Source of the DNA: an uncultured Gemmataceae bacterium
GTDB taxonomy: Bacteria; Planctomycetota; Planctomycetia; Gemmatales; Gemmataceae
DNA: 64,000 nt
Assembly: GCA_963750165.1 (NCBI GenBank)
Contig: CAVVPN010000011.1
Coordinates: 1,408,001-1,472,000 of the forward strand
Direction: 5' to 3'
Shown here: one piece after another, positions 1 to 10,662 of the stretch
How the letters are laid out: the number at the start of each line of letters is the position of its first letter
How positions within the stretch are numbered: position 1 is the first letter of the stretch
Made by a program: the position numbers and the translations under genes
The notes under the pieces: generated by a model
Told to the model about the DNA's origin: nothing
The model's database searches: none
What the model saw: only the letters and a program-made list of their open reading frames with translations

Positions 1-1
1 C

Positions 2-1033
2 GACGGCGAGGCGGATTTCTACGAGAATTTCAACAACGACTCCGGCCTCACACTGCAGCGGCACGAGTTCGTCATGGATTTGCAGACCGACAGGGACGGC
101 AACCTTTATTATTGCCGCTCCGGCCATTATCTGCCGTCCAAGAAGGGTGATAACTGCTGCGTCTACAAGCTGTCGCCGGACGGCCGCAAGCTGGAGGTGT
201 ACGCCCGCGGCTTCCGCGAGCCGAACGGCCTGAGCATCGGCCCGGACGGCACCATGATCGTCGGCGATAACGAGGGCAACGGCGTACCGCAGACGCCGCT
301 GTATCGGCTGAAACAGGGCGCCTTCTACGGCTACACGCCATCGGTCAGCGGCGACCCCAAAAACGCCACCTGGAAGTACACGCAAAAGCCGATCGTCTGG
401 CTGCCGCACGAAGTGGACCGCTCGGCCGGCAGTCAGGTCTGGGTCACCAGCGACAAATGGGGGCCGCTCAAGGGCCAGCTGCTGCACACCAGCTACGGCC
501 ATTGCGCTCTATTCGGCGTGCTGATCGACAGGCAAGCGGAGCCGTGGCAGGGGGCGGCGTGGCAATTTCCTCTGGCGTTCCAGAGCGGCATCATGCGGGC
601 GCGCTTCAGTCCCGCGGACGGCCAGCTGTACCTGTGCGGGCTGCGCGGCTGGGACACCAACGCGGTCAAGGACGGTCAGTTTTGCCGCGTCCGCTACACC
701 GGTCAGGCGGCGGCGCTGTCGGTGGGCCTGCGCGTCGTCAAGAACGGCGCGGCCATCACCTTTTCAGCCGCGCTGGACCGGGCCGCCGCGGAGGATGATC
801 AGAGCTGGGCCGCGGAGTGGACCGGCAAGGCGGGCCAGACGGGACGCAAGGCCGGCAAGCAACCGGAGTTGTCCATTAAGGCGGTGCGGCTCTCGAAAGA
901 CGGCCGCACGGTGACGCTGGAGTTCGACCGCGTGTTGCCGGGGATGAATTTCACCGTGCAGTACCGGCTGAAGGCCGCGGACGGCACGGCGGTGAACGGC
1001 ACGCTGCACGGCACCATCCACCGCGTCCCGTGA
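2..1033 (+). CDS. Beta-propeller dehydrogenase-like protein of PVC type (DUF6797-like), 5' truncated by window edge
   Basis: Frame is open from position 2 (DGEADFYENFNND...). Motifs GFREPNGL, GDNEGN, GQLLHTSYG, SGIMRARFSPADGQLY, GLRGW are typical of this planctomycete family. Confidence 0.65.
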   Translation, partial: DGEADFYENFNNDSGLTLQRHEFVMDLQTDRDGNLYYCRSGHYLPSKKGDNCCVYKLSPDGRKLEVYARGFREPNGLSIGPDGTMIVGDNEGNGVPQTPLYRLKQGAFYGYTPSVSGDPKNATWKYTQKPIVWLPHEVDRSAGSQVWVTSDKWGPLKGQLLHTSYGHCALFGVLIDRQAEPWQGAAWQFPLAFQSGIMRARFSPADGQLYLCGLRGWDTNAVKDGQFCRVRYTGQAAALSVGLRVVKNGAAITFSAALDRAAAEDDQSWAAEWTGKAGQTGRKAGKQPELSIKAVRLSKDGRTVTLEFDRVLPGMNFTVQYRLKAADGTAVNGTLHGTIHRVP

Positions 1034-1105
1034 CGATTTTCGGGCGTTCGTCAACCTGGCGTGGGTTCCTGGGGGAGTCACCTGGCCACACGGCGCGCCT
1101 CCATC

Positions 1106-2553
1106 TCACCAAATGTGACAACCAACGGCACCCGTTGTCACGTCACCCCCGCCAGCTTCGCGTGCTAGCTCTGGGCAAACCGCAGCCGCTCCTGATACTC
1201 CAGGTAGCCGCTCAGCACCAATGCCAACCCGCACGTGCGGAAGTCGCCCTCGGGGATCAGCGCCACCGTTTCGCGCAGCGGTGAGGTCGCCTGCCAGCGC
1301 CTGCGCCCAGGCGATGCGACACAGGCGCACCCAGCGCGTGACCTCGATTCCGGCCTGGCCTTCCGGCAAATACTTGCCGTTCAGCTTGCCAGTGTTGTCC
1401 GCCCACCGAACCTCCTCACGCTCCAGCCGGGCTTGCTTGATGGCCGGCCCGCCCTCCGTGAGCGCCCGCCGCACACGCAGTAACGCGGCCAGCATGGCCT
1501 GGGCGGCTTCGCCAAACAGGGGCCGCTGCCAGATCATGTGTACCAGCCCCGTGATCCGCTCGTCCGGCGCGCCTCCTCCTCTTCGCAACACTCCAGTAAC
1601 TCTTCCCAGGGTTCCGGCGAATAGGGTCTGGCCTCGTCCTGGTAGCCGTGCTCCCGGGCGGCGGCGACCTTGTTCACCGCCGTGGTGCGCGACGCCTTCC
1701 CTTTGATGCCGGCCGCCACCTGCTCGGCCGCGTCAAAGTCTCCCCGCCCCGCCAGTGCCTCGGCCGCCACCACTAGCAATTTGCCTTGCTGGGCAGCGCC
1801 CTCGTGGGCCTGAGCCGCCTGCACAGCGCCCTCGGCATCGCCCGCCCAGGCCAGGTCGCGGGTCAGGAATTCCAGCACCGGATACTTGTCGCCCGACTTC
1901 GAGATGGCCCGGGCGCGCTCGACCGCCCGCCGCAGCGTCTGCACGAACGGCGACCGAATGCCCTGGCCGCGCCGCGCCGCCTGGTTGCACAGCCAGTTGG
2001 CGTCCACCGTGCTGTGGCCGGAGCGGCGTTCGGACACCACCCGGACGTTCGCGAAATTGCCCACCTCGATCTCGGCCTGCAACAGGGCCACGCGCTCCAG
2101 GGCCCGCGCCGACAGTTCGGCGTCCTCCAGCGCTTCCACCGTCTTGATCGCCTCGGCGAAGTCGCCCCGGCAGCCCAGGGCGTGGCCGACCTCGACCAGC
2201 GTTTTTTTGGCAGCGAACAGGCCGGTGGCGGGGATTTCGCGGGCGGTCTGCCGGGCCGCGTCCGCGTCGCCCCGTTCCGCCAGCGCCAGCGCCACGGCCC
2301 GCAGCGGTCCCCGGCGGGCCGAACTCTTGACCCGCGTTACCAGGCGGCGGGCGTCCTCCACCGCCCCCACCCGGGCCAGAGCGTGCGCCACCGTGGACAC
2401 ACCCAGTTGCTCGTGCTCCAACAAATCCATAAGGCCCGAGAAGTACGTGAAGTCCGGGCTCACTTTTTCGGCAAGTGGCCGCAATTCGTCGAGCAGGGCT
2501 TGCGTCTGATCGTCCCCGCCGGCGCGGCTTTTGGTAGCAGCCGTTCTGGCCAT
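1106..2553 (-). CDS. Hypothetical Ala-rich helical-repeat (TPR/HEAT-like) protein, probably one gene split by a frameshift near 1580
   Basis: ATG at 2553 (MARTAATKS). Repeats such as ALAERGDADAARQTA and LAWAGDAEGAVQAA. The same motif (AQALAGDLTAAR) recurs in the 1106-1591 ORF. Confidence 0.5.
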
Positions 2554-2649
2554 GGTTTCCCTTTCGTTCCCGGAGAAGAAATGATACCGTGCGGCCATCC
2601 TACGAGGTGCAACCGAAGCGGTCACCCCTGAGCAAACGCGGGAGGGAAC

Positions 2650-2825
2650 ATGAGCGTGCCGGAGGAATTGCTGCAAGCCTTCGTCAAAAACCCGGAGACG
2701 AGGACCGCTGGCTCGCGCTGGCGGACTGGCTGGAGGAGCACGACGACCCGCGCCGCGCCGAACTGCTACGGCTGCACCGCACGAGGATGACAAGAATCCC
2801 AGCGTCGTCGGCCGCATCGCCATGA
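2650..2825 (+). pseudogene. TIGR02996-domain remnant
   Basis: RBS ggaggg, then ATG 2650: MSVPEELLQAFVKNPE / frameshift / DEDRWLALADWLEEHDDPRRAELLRLH. Stops immediately with no cargo domain. Confidence 0.7.
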
Positions 2826-2850
2826 GTTTGGGTTGAGAACGGAGATAAAA

Positions 2851-2905
2851 TCAGGGGGAACAGAATCATCAAGTCAGGGTTGTCTTGATGATTCTGTTCC
2901 CCTGA
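2851..2905. repeat. AT-rich inverted repeat (hairpin) between convergent ORFs
   Basis: tcagggggaacagaatcatcaag ... cttgatgattctgttcccctga. Confidence 0.8.
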
Positions 2906-2936
2906 GTGTAGCGGCGCTGGCGACAATCGCCTGGCT

Positions 2937-3976
2937 TCAACGGCTGCCCGGGCCGCTCATGCCCATGAGGCCGCCGTTATAGCCGCTGCCCATGCCGCCC
3001 ATCGTGCCCATGCGGCGGCTGGGGGGCAAGAGGTTCGGGACGACCTGGAACTCAAAGGTGGCGTGTTTGGTCCCAGGCGCCTCCTGCGGCAGCGCGTCGG
3101 AAGTCTCCCACGGCACGGTGCAGGCCGGGGCGGTCGCGCTCGTCACCGTGGTCGGGCAGCCGAGCGCGGACTGCGACTCGGAAGCCGGCACGGGCGGCAT
3201 CACCGGCAGCGTCTGCGGAGCGGGCGTGCAGCGCGGGGGTGTCGGGATCGGTGCATACTCCGACGGCATCGACGGCCGGATACCGCAGGGCGGGGGCGGC
3301 AGCGGCTGCTGCGGCTGCTGCGGCGGCACGCACGGCGTCGTTGTGGTGATCGGGTAGGCGATCGGCGGCACCGGCATCGGCTGGCTAATGTAAGTCGGCA
3401 GGGGCGGTGGGCCCTCCGGGGGGCCGTACTGGCCGTATTGGTAGTAGGGGCCGTAGCCGTACTGGTAGTTCGGGTAGTATGGGTAGTGCGGATACGGCGA
3501 ATAGACCAGCATCTGTCTGTGCAGCATCTGGACTTCCTGCTGCAAGATGTCGAGGCGGCGCTGGAGCATCTCCATCTGCAAGCGTTGTTCCTGCTGCGCC
3601 TGCTGCTGATCCGCGATCATCTGCTTCAGGGCTTTATGGCACTTCTCCAGCTGTTCCGCCGGGATCTTGCAGCACGCAGAGCCGACCAGGCAACAGGGGG
3701 GAGTGCCGGAGCCGACCAGGCAACCGTAGGGAGTGCCGGGGCGCAGGTCAGCGGACACGGTGTGTTGGTGACCGACGGCGGGCCACACGACTGAGCGTTC
3801 GGGCACGTGCTGGTTGCCGCATGGGGGATCGGGTGTGGCGAGGTGCGCGGCGGTTGCGGGGGCTTTTCTTCGACCGTCTGGGCGAGCGCGACCAGGGTCC
3901 AGGAAAGAGCCAGGGCGAACAGGGCCAGGCGCAGCAGCCAGGTCAGCGTGCGCCACTGGGCTTCGCGTCGAAGCAT
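2937..3976 (-). CDS. Exported Pro/Tyr/Gln-rich protein with coiled coil; frameshift around 3690-3780
   Basis: RBS aggagg and ATG 3976. Hydrophobic N-terminus (LLRLALFALALSWTLVALA) in one frame. Coiled coil (QQQAQQEQRLQMEMLQRRLDILQQEV) and YPYYPNYQYGYG tract in another. Confidence 0.55.
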
Positions 3977-4077
3977 GGGTCGTCCTCCTGCCGAGAGGTG
4001 GGGCCGGGTCCGGCGACCCGGGATCGGCAGGGCTGATACGAAATGGGCGCGGGTGTGTAAAGGCGGATCGCCCGCGG

Positions 4078-5520
4078 CGGGTGCCCCTCTGGATTTTGGC
4101 ATCGGGAGGTGGTAAAGCAGCCGCCCAAGGAATTGGGGTTCTTTGGGAGGGTTGCCGATGCCGACGTTGACGATCGAATACCGCGATGAGAACGAGCGCC
4201 TCGCCCTGGAGCAGGCCATCGCCTCTGTCGCCCAGTTGCGCCAGGTCGCCTTGACCGCCCCCGACGGCACCGTCCTGGCCGCCTGCGAACGCCATGCCCT
4301 GACCGACGGCCGCGCCCTGTTGCGCTCCAGCTTGGCCAGCGCTCTGGACAGCCGGATCGCGGCCGCCGAGCAAAAAGGGGGGCTGCCCGCCTCTGCCCCA
4401 AAGCGCACCCCGGACGGTCCAAAGGCCGACACCCGCGCACCGTCCTGACGGCCGTCGGCCCGCTCACCGTGCGGCGCACCTATTTCGCCTGCGCGGCCTG
4501 CGGTCAAGGCGACTTCGGCGCCGACGGCGTCCTGGGCCTGGACGGCTACGTGACGGCCGGCGCGTGCCGCATGGCCTGCCTGCTGGGGGTGCAACAGTCG
4601 TTCGCCAAGGCCGAACTGGCACTGGCGGAGGTGGCCGGCTGGGAGCTGGACGACAACACCATCCGGCAGTTGTGCCACGCCACCGCCGCCCGCGCCACCG
4701 CCACGCGTGACGCGCGCGCCACCGCCGCGGCGTTCGCCCAGGCGGCGGGCGACCTGGAGTTGCAGATCGACGCGGGCAAGGCCAACACCCTGGAGGGCTG
4801 GCGGGACGTCAAGGTCGGCGTCTTCGGCCGCCGGGAACGCGGCCCGGCGACCACGGCGGCCGACTGGGACGAGCGCGACCTGCCCGCGCCGCAGGTGCGC
4901 GCGGTGGTGGCCGCGGTGGAAGAGGCGAGCGCCTTCGGCGAGCGCTGCGCGGCCGAAGCGGCGCGGCTGCGGTTGACCAAGCCGCAGGAGTTGAGTGTCC
5001 TGGGCGACGGTGCGGAGTGGGTGTGGAACCTGGCGGCGCGGCACTTCGCGGGGTGCGTCGAACTGCTGGATATCTGGCACGGGGCGGAACACCTGGCGGC
5101 CGGCGCCAAGGCCGCGTGCGGCCCGACCAACCCGGAGGCCAAAGCGGCAAGCGCAACGCGGCAAGGAACGGCTGTTGGCGGACGGTTATGCAGGGGTGAC
5201 GGAGTGGGTGGGCGCGTTGGCGGGGCAGGTGATGGTCGGCGGCGACGGGGCGGCACTGGGCGGGGTGCTGAACTACTTCTGTGGCCACCAGGGGCGGCTG
5301 AACTACGCGCTGCGGTTGCGGCGCGGGCAGTCGATCGGCAGTGGCCTGGTGGAAGGCTCGATCAAGCAGTTGTTGAACAAGCGGGTCAAGCAAACGGGGG
5401 CGCGCTGGAAGGTCACGCATGTTGGCCCATTCGTGGAACTGGGGGCGTTGGCGGCGGGTCCAGAATGGCAAGCCTTCTGGGAGAACAACTGACCACCGCC
5501 AAATTCCAGAGGGGCACCCG
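4078..5520 (+). mobile_element. Insertion sequence, ISKra4-like family
   Basis: Terminal IRs GGGTGCCCCTCTGGATTTTGGC (4079-4100) and GCCAAATTCCAGAGGGGCACCC (5498-5519), 21/22 match. Flanking direct repeat CCCGCGG at 4071-4077 and 5521-5527. Confidence 0.85.
4158..5492 (+). CDS. ISKra4-like DDE transposase; probable programmed -1 frameshift at 4372-4382 and a second shift near 5140
   Basis: Zn-finger RRTYFACAACGQG and motifs IDAG, LGDGAEWVWN, LDIWHGAEHL, IGSGLVEG..K...KQTGARW. Slippery AAAAAGGGGGG at the end of ORF A. Confidence 0.85.
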
Positions 5521-5595
5521 CCCGCGGACTTTGCTGGCGCTGGCGGTGCGCCGACCAGTGCCGTGCTATCACGGGTTACCTCGGGAGGTAGGATT

Positions 5596-7299
5596 GTGGC
5601 ACGACTCGGTCGCATCACCGTGGACGGGCATTCGGTCGCCGTCGATTACTCGGGCTGGCTGAGTGAGCAGGAAGCCTACCGCGTCACGCTGACCCTCCGC
5701 GGGCCGTGGCTGCCCCACATCCTCGCCACGCGGGTCGAGGTGTGGCTCGTGGGGACCGGGGACACGCCGCGCGACCTGACGCTGGTGACGCGGCCGCCCG
5801 GGAAGTTCCTGCCGGAAGCGAATGGCGCTGCGGCGATGATTCGGGCCGTCTACGTCTTCAATCGTGAAACCTGTTACTGCGATCCGGCGGCGGTCGTTGT
5901 GGCCGTCGATGGTGTGCCGAAGGCATTTCCGTTGCCGGAAGACACGGGTGGCGTCAACCCGAAGGTAATCGCCGCCTGGAAAGCGGCCGGGGCCATCTTC
6001 AAAGCGACCGGGTTCAGCTATCACGGCGAGCCACCGATGCCGGGCTTCAATGTCTACAACATGGAGTTGCCGCCGGCGCTGGAACTGCCACTGCCGGAGG
6101 TGCCGTTCGGGCTGTCCTGCGATAATCGCGAGGCGGGCGCGCTCTCGAAGCTGCCCGGGTTGACGCGGGCCACCGTGTTGTGGCTTTTCCGTGAGGGGCC
6201 GCTCGCGACCACGGACCTGAAGACCCTGGCCGACCTGAAACGGCTGCGGAGCCTGTCGGTGAGCGGCCATCTCGGCGAAGCGGAGGTCAAGGGCCTGGCC
6301 CGGCTGGAGCAGGTGCAGGAACTGCGGCTATCCGACCGCGAGGCGGACGACGCGAGTGTGCAGCGGCTGGCCCGGCTGAAGCGGTTGCGCACGCTGGCCC
6401 TGGGCAACTCGTGCAACGTCACGGACGCGGGGGTGCAGGCCCTGGCGCCGTTGCGGGAACTGCGAGTCCTGGACCTTTACTGGGTCACGGTCACCAACGT
6501 GGGCCTGCAGGCGCTGGCGGGGATGACGGAGTTGCGTAGCCTGTCCCTGCGGTGGACGAAGATAACGGATGCGGGGCTGAAGGAACTGGCCGGCCTGACG
6601 CAGCTGGAGTCGCTGGACCTGTCCAACACCCAGATCACCGGCGCCGGCCTGGCGGAGTTGGCCGGGCTCCAGCGGCTGCGGAGTCTGAACCTGTACAGTA
6701 GCAAGGTGGACGACGCCGGCATGCGCGGCCTGGCAGGGTTGACGGGGCTGTGGTCGCTGGACCTGTACGGTGCGCAAATCACCGGCGCGGGCCTGCGGGA
6801 GTTGGCCGGCCTCAAGCAACTGCAAACCCTCAATCTGAACAGTAGCACCGTCCCGGACGCCGACTATCAGGAACTGGCGCCGCTGAAACGGTTACGGGAA
6901 CTGCACCTGAGCAGCACGTTGATCGGCGATGCGGGCCTGAAGGGGTTGGCGGGACTGACCGAGTTGCGCTGCCTGGTCGTCGAACACGCCGCGCTCACCG
7001 GCGCGGGCCTGAAGGCGCTGGCCGGGCTGCAAAAGTTGGAACGTCTGCACCTGCACGAGGTCCCCGTTGGTGACACGGGGCTGAAACACCTGGCCGGGCT
7101 GAAGGGGTTGCGCGTGCTGTACCTGTACAACTGCGACATCACGGACGCGGGCCTGAAACACCTCGCCGGCATGACCTGGCTGGAGAAGCTGGACGTTGCC
7201 GGGCACAGTTACGAGGTGTTGACCAGGGCGGGCCTGGCGGCGCTGCGGCGGGCGCTGCCGTGGACCTACGTCGTTCCGCACGGCCGGGAAAGTTACTGA
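5596..7299 (+). CDS. Leucine-rich repeat protein (about 14 repeats of 24 aa) with unrelated N-terminal domain
   Basis: GGAGG RBS and GTG 5596. Repeats of LxxLxxLxLxxtxITDAGLKxLAG. Confidence 0.9.
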   Translation: MARLGRITVDGHSVAVDYSGWLSEQEAYRVTLTLRGPWLPHILATRVEVWLVGTGDTPRDLTLVTRPPGKFLPEANGAAAMIRAVYVFNRETCYCDPAAVVVAVDGVPKAFPLPEDTGGVNPKVIAAWKAAGAIFKATGFSYHGEPPMPGFNVYNMELPPALELPLPEVPFGLSCDNREAGALSKLPGLTRATVLWLFREGPLATTDLKTLADLKRLRSLSVSGHLGEAEVKGLARLEQVQELRLSDREADDASVQRLARLKRLRTLALGNSCNVTDAGVQALAPLRELRVLDLYWVTVTNVGLQALAGMTELRSLSLRWTKITDAGLKELAGLTQLESLDLSNTQITGAGLAELAGLQRLRSLNLYSSKVDDAGMRGLAGLTGLWSLDLYGAQITGAGLRELAGLKQLQTLNLNSSTVPDADYQELAPLKRLRELHLSSTLIGDAGLKGLAGLTELRCLVVEHAALTGAGLKALAGLQKLERLHLHEVPVGDTGLKHLAGLKGLRVLYLYNCDITDAGLKHLAGMTWLEKLDVAGHSYEVLTRAGLAALRRALPWTYVVPHGRESY

Positions 7300-7335
7300 C
7301 CCGGCTGCCCGGCTGAGACCAGACCCTTCTCAAGG

Positions 7336-7406
7336 GCGCCTCGTTCCCACGCCGGAGCGTGGGAACGAGAGGCAAAGCGCGATCCCGTGAACATTTCCGC
7401 CAAATT
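7336..7406. repeat. REP-like palindrome plus 26-bp module, both repeated at 54190-54281
   Basis: ctcgttcccacgc-cgga-gcgtgggaacgag hairpin followed by gatcccgtgaacatttccgccaaatt. Confidence 0.85.
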
Positions 7407-7532
7407 CCCAGCGAAATTAGTTGCCATCACGCCATTTCCAGTGATAATGGCTCTGACTCGCAGGGCGGTTCGCACCGACCGCCCACAACCATATCCAAAA
7501 CGCTGATCCACATCCGCGAAGGAGACCCGGCA

Positions 7533-7990
7533 ATGGCGACCGTCCGCGAGATTCTGAACAAGAAGGGTGCGCACGTACACACGATCGACCAGTCGGCGAG
7601 CGTGTTGCAGGCGGCGTTCCTGATGAACAAGCACCAGATCGGCGCCCTGGTCGTGCTCGACGGCGAGCAGGCGGTGGGCATCTTCAGCGAGCGCGACCTG
7701 CTACAGCGCGTCGTGGTCGCGCAGCGCGACGTGACCACGACGCCAGTCGCGGAGGTGATGACCACTGAAATGTTCTGCTGCACGCTGGAGACAAGCATTG
7801 AGGAAGGCGCGGGGCGATGAAGAATCGGCGGATTCGCCACCTGCCGTTGCTCGACGACGACCGCCGGCCCGTGGGGGTGATCTCGATCGGCGACCTGAAC
7901 GCTCACGAGGCGTCCGGCCAGGAGCAGACCATCCACCTCTTGCAGGAATACCTGTACGGCCGCGTCTACGCGCCTGGCCCTCGGGGGTAG
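7533..7990 (+). CDS. CBS-domain pair protein (frameshift near 7810)
   Basis: MATVREILNKKG...IGALVV...GIFSERD...VAEVMT, continuing in another frame as MKNRRIRHLP...GVISIGDL. Confidence 0.85.
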
Positions 7991-8050
7991 CGGAAGTCGC
8001 CAGACTTCCGTCCGGTGCTCCTCGGAAGTCTGGCGACTTCCGCTACCCCC
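7983..8050. repeat. REP-like palindrome, possibly a bidirectional terminator between the CBS gene and the cob operon
   Basis: gggggtagcggaagtcgccagacttccg ... cggaagtctggcgacttccgctaccccc. Confidence 0.85.
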
Positions 8051-8077
8051 TCACGCGCTGGGGCTGGCTCCCAGGCT

Positions 8078-8779
8078 TCAGGGAAACAGCGGGGACGGCG
8101 TGCCCCAGTGGTCCTGAAACACCAGGTCGCCGAGCGGCTGTCGATGCTTCCACCCCACCTCCTCCAGCAGCGGCCGGGGCCGGAACTCCACCGGGTAACC
8201 GACGCACAGGTAGGCCACGAGCTGCACGCCGGGGGGCAGGCCGAGCAATTGCTCGACGGCCTCCCGGTCGAGGATGCTGACCCAGCCGACGCCGACGCCA
8301 AGCGCCCGCGCCGCCAGCCACAGGTTCTGCACGGCCAGGCAAGTGCTGAAGAGATCGGTTTGCGGCGTGGGCGCCCGGCCGAGCACAAATGGCGCGTCGC
8401 GACTCAGGTCGCAGGTGACGGCGATGTTCAGCGGCGCTTCCAGGATGCCCTCCAGGGTCAGCCGGGCGTACAGTTCCTTCCGGGCCGGGTCGTCGATCCG
8501 CGCCTGCTCCTGGGCGTTGACTTCCTCGAAGACCGCCTTGACCCGGTGGCGCACCGCGACAGCGGCGATGACCAGGAAGTTCCACGGCTGCATGAAGCCG
8601 ACGGACGGCGCCAGGTGGGCCATTTCCAGGATACGCCGCAGCACTGCGTCCGGCACGGGGGTGGGCAGGAAGTGGCGCACGTCGCGGCGGTGGCGGATGA
8701 CTTTGAAGACCGCTTCCCGTTCCGCCTTGGAGAAGGCCGCCGCGTCACACTCGGGTTCGCCAGGGTTCATCAGCAACAC
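8078..8779 (-). CDS. bluB: 5,6-dimethylbenzimidazole synthase
   Basis: RRDVRHF, APSVGFMQPWNF, LEGILEAPLNI, STCLAVQNLWLAARA.GVGVGWVS. Confidence 0.93.
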   Translation of the reverse strand: MLLMNPGEPECDAAAFSKAEREAVFKVIRHRRDVRHFLPTPVPDAVLRRILEMAHLAPSVGFMQPWNFLVIAAVAVRHRVKAVFEEVNAQEQARIDDPARKELYARLTLEGILEAPLNIAVTCDLSRDAPFVLGRAPTPQTDLFSTCLAVQNLWLAARALGVGVGWVSILDREAVEQLLGLPPGVQLVAYLCVGYPVEFRPRPLLEEVGWKHRQPLGDLVFQDHWGTPSPLFP

Positions 8780-9882
8780 TCCTCGGTAATCGGCTCAGGT
8801 CCGGGCCAGCGTCCGAGCACCTCGCCCGACTGCCCCATCAAGTAAACGTCCACGGCGAGACTGCCTCCCACCAGTGACATGGCGTGGTCCCAGGCCCTGC
8901 GGCAGAGCACATGAAAAAACACGGCCTGCCCCTGGGCCGCGAACAACTCCGACACTTCCTGAGCAGTGTTAGCCTGGCCGATCTGCTCGACCAGGGCAGT
9001 GTCGGCGCCGACGTTGCGGGCCGTCTCCGCGAGGAAGGCGAAGTCCTGGCTGCTGCTGGTGCTGTGGACCGAGGCGTTGCCGGCCGCGAACTTCGCCAGC
9101 TTACCGATCATGGCTGCCAGGGTCACGCGCGTGACGCCGACACGGGCACAGTGCCGCAGAGCGTCGCCGAAGAACGGTCCCAGTTGCACGAACGCCTCCT
9201 CGGGCAGCGGGAAGAGCGCCTGTGCCTGGCGTTCGCCGCGCGCCCCGACGGTCAGCACCAGATGCCGAAAACCCTGGGCCACGGCCACGTCGATTTCCTG
9301 GGTCACGGTAGCCAGCCAGGCGGCAGTGGAGTACGGCACCACAATGCCGGTGGTGCCCAGGATGGAGATACCGCCAACAATGCCCAGCCGCGGGTTGAAC
9401 GTCTTTTTCGCCAGTTCCTCGCCGCACGGCACGAACACTTCCACGACCACACCACGGCCGGCGGTGCCTCGGGCGGTGAGGATGTCGGCGACCGTCTCGG
9501 CGATGTTGCGGCGCGGCACCGGGTTGATGGCCGGTTCACCGGGCGGCACGGACAGTCCCTTCTTCGTGACCAGTCCGACACCCACGCCGCGCCGGAAGGT
9601 CACGCCGGGCTCAGGCGCCCAGGTCACGCGGGCGCCGATCTCCGCCAGGTGGGTCACGTCCGGGTCGTCCCCCGCGTCCTTGATGACACTGGCGCTGCCT
9701 TCGGTCTCGGTCCAGACACACGAGTGCAGTGCGAAGGTGACGTGCTGGCCCAGGGGCAGACGGATGGTGACTGCACGGACGGGCTGCCGGTCGATCAGGG
9801 CGAGCAGCGCCCCCGCCGTGGCCGCCGCGGCGCAGGCGCCGGTGGTGTAGCCGGAACGCAGGTTGTGCCGCGGCGACTCCAC
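8770..9882 (-). CDS. cbiD: Cobalt-precorrin-5B C1-methyltransferase
   Basis: LRSGYTTGACAAAA, KDAGDDPDVTH, AINPVPR, KTFNPRLGIVGGISILGTTG. Confidence 0.96.
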   Translation of the reverse strand: MESPRHNLRSGYTTGACAAAATAGALLALIDRQPVRAVTIRLPLGQHVTFALHSCVWTETEGSASVIKDAGDDPDVTHLAEIGARVTWAPEPGVTFRRGVGVGLVTKKGLSVPPGEPAINPVPRRNIAETVADILTARGTAGRGVVVEVFVPCGEELAKKTFNPRLGIVGGISILGTTGIVVPYSTAAWLATVTQEIDVAVAQGFRHLVLTVGARGERQAQALFPLPEEAFVQLGPFFGDALRHCARVGVTRVTLAAMIGKLAKFAAGNASVHSTSSSQDFAFLAETARNVGADTALVEQIGQANTAQEVSELFAAQGQAVFFHVLCRRAWDHAMSLVGGSLAVDVYLMGQSGEVLGRWPGPEPITEECC

Positions 9883-9885
9883 GGC

Positions 9886-10662
9886 TCAGCCCTCCCCCAG
9901 CTTCGCCAGGCAAGCAGCCACCGCGTCTGCCACCGTGCAGACGGCGGCGAGGTCGGTGGACTCGGGCCGGCGGATCATCAGCACTTCCAGGCCGAGGTCA
10001 CAGGCGGCCAGCACTTTTTCCACGACGCCGCCCTCCCGGCCCGACGCCTTGGTGACCAGCACGTCCGCCCGAAACTCACGCAGGACAGCCCGGTTGAACT
10101 CCTGCGAGAACGGCGGCCGCAGACACAGCAGCCGATCCGACGTGAACCCCGCAGCCAGGGCCTGTTGCAGCGACGCCACACAGGGAAGGATACGGGCGAT
10201 CAGCACCAGGCGGTGGTGCAGGGTGGCGAAGTGTTTCAGCTGTTTGGCTCCGATGGTCAGGAGGGCTCGGCTTCCCAGGGACGGCAACAGGGCGGCCGCG
10301 TCCGTAAAGGAATCGACCAGGTGTGTCCCGGCGGGCGGCTCCCAGTCCGGCCGTTCGTAGCGGACATAGGGCACGCGCAGGCGCCGGCACACAGCGGCCG
10401 CGGTGTGGGTGATGCGCACAGCGAACGGGTGCGTGGCGTCGAGCACCAGGTCAGTGCTGCCCTGACTGAGGAACTCGGCCAACTCGGGCTCGGTGAATCT
10501 GCGGGCCTCGACCGTGGCCGCGTCCCCAAGGGGGCCGAACAAGCTGACACAGGCTTCGGGCCGCGTGACGGTCGCCCGCACCGCGAACCCAGCCGTCAGC
10601 AGTGCCCGCGCCAGCGGCGGACCCTCGGAGGTGCCGCTAAGCAGGAGGACTCGTTTCTTCAC
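9886..10662 (-). CDS. cbiJ: (Cobalt-)precorrin-6A reductase CbiJ/CobK
   Basis: VLLLSGTSEG, DATHPFA..IT, RYERP, LVTKASG..GGVVEK. Confidence 0.93.
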   Translation of the reverse strand: MKKRVLLLSGTSEGPPLARALLTAGFAVRATVTRPEACVSLFGPLGDAATVEARRFTEPELAEFLSQGSTDLVLDATHPFAVRITHTAAAVCRRLRVPYVRYERPDWEPPAGTHLVDSFTDAAALLPSLGSRALLTIGAKQLKHFATLHHRLVLIARILPCVASLQQALAAGFTSDRLLCLRPPFSQEFNRAVLREFRADVLVTKASGREGGVVEKVLAACDLGLEVLMIRRPESTDLAAVCTVADAVAACLAKLGEG

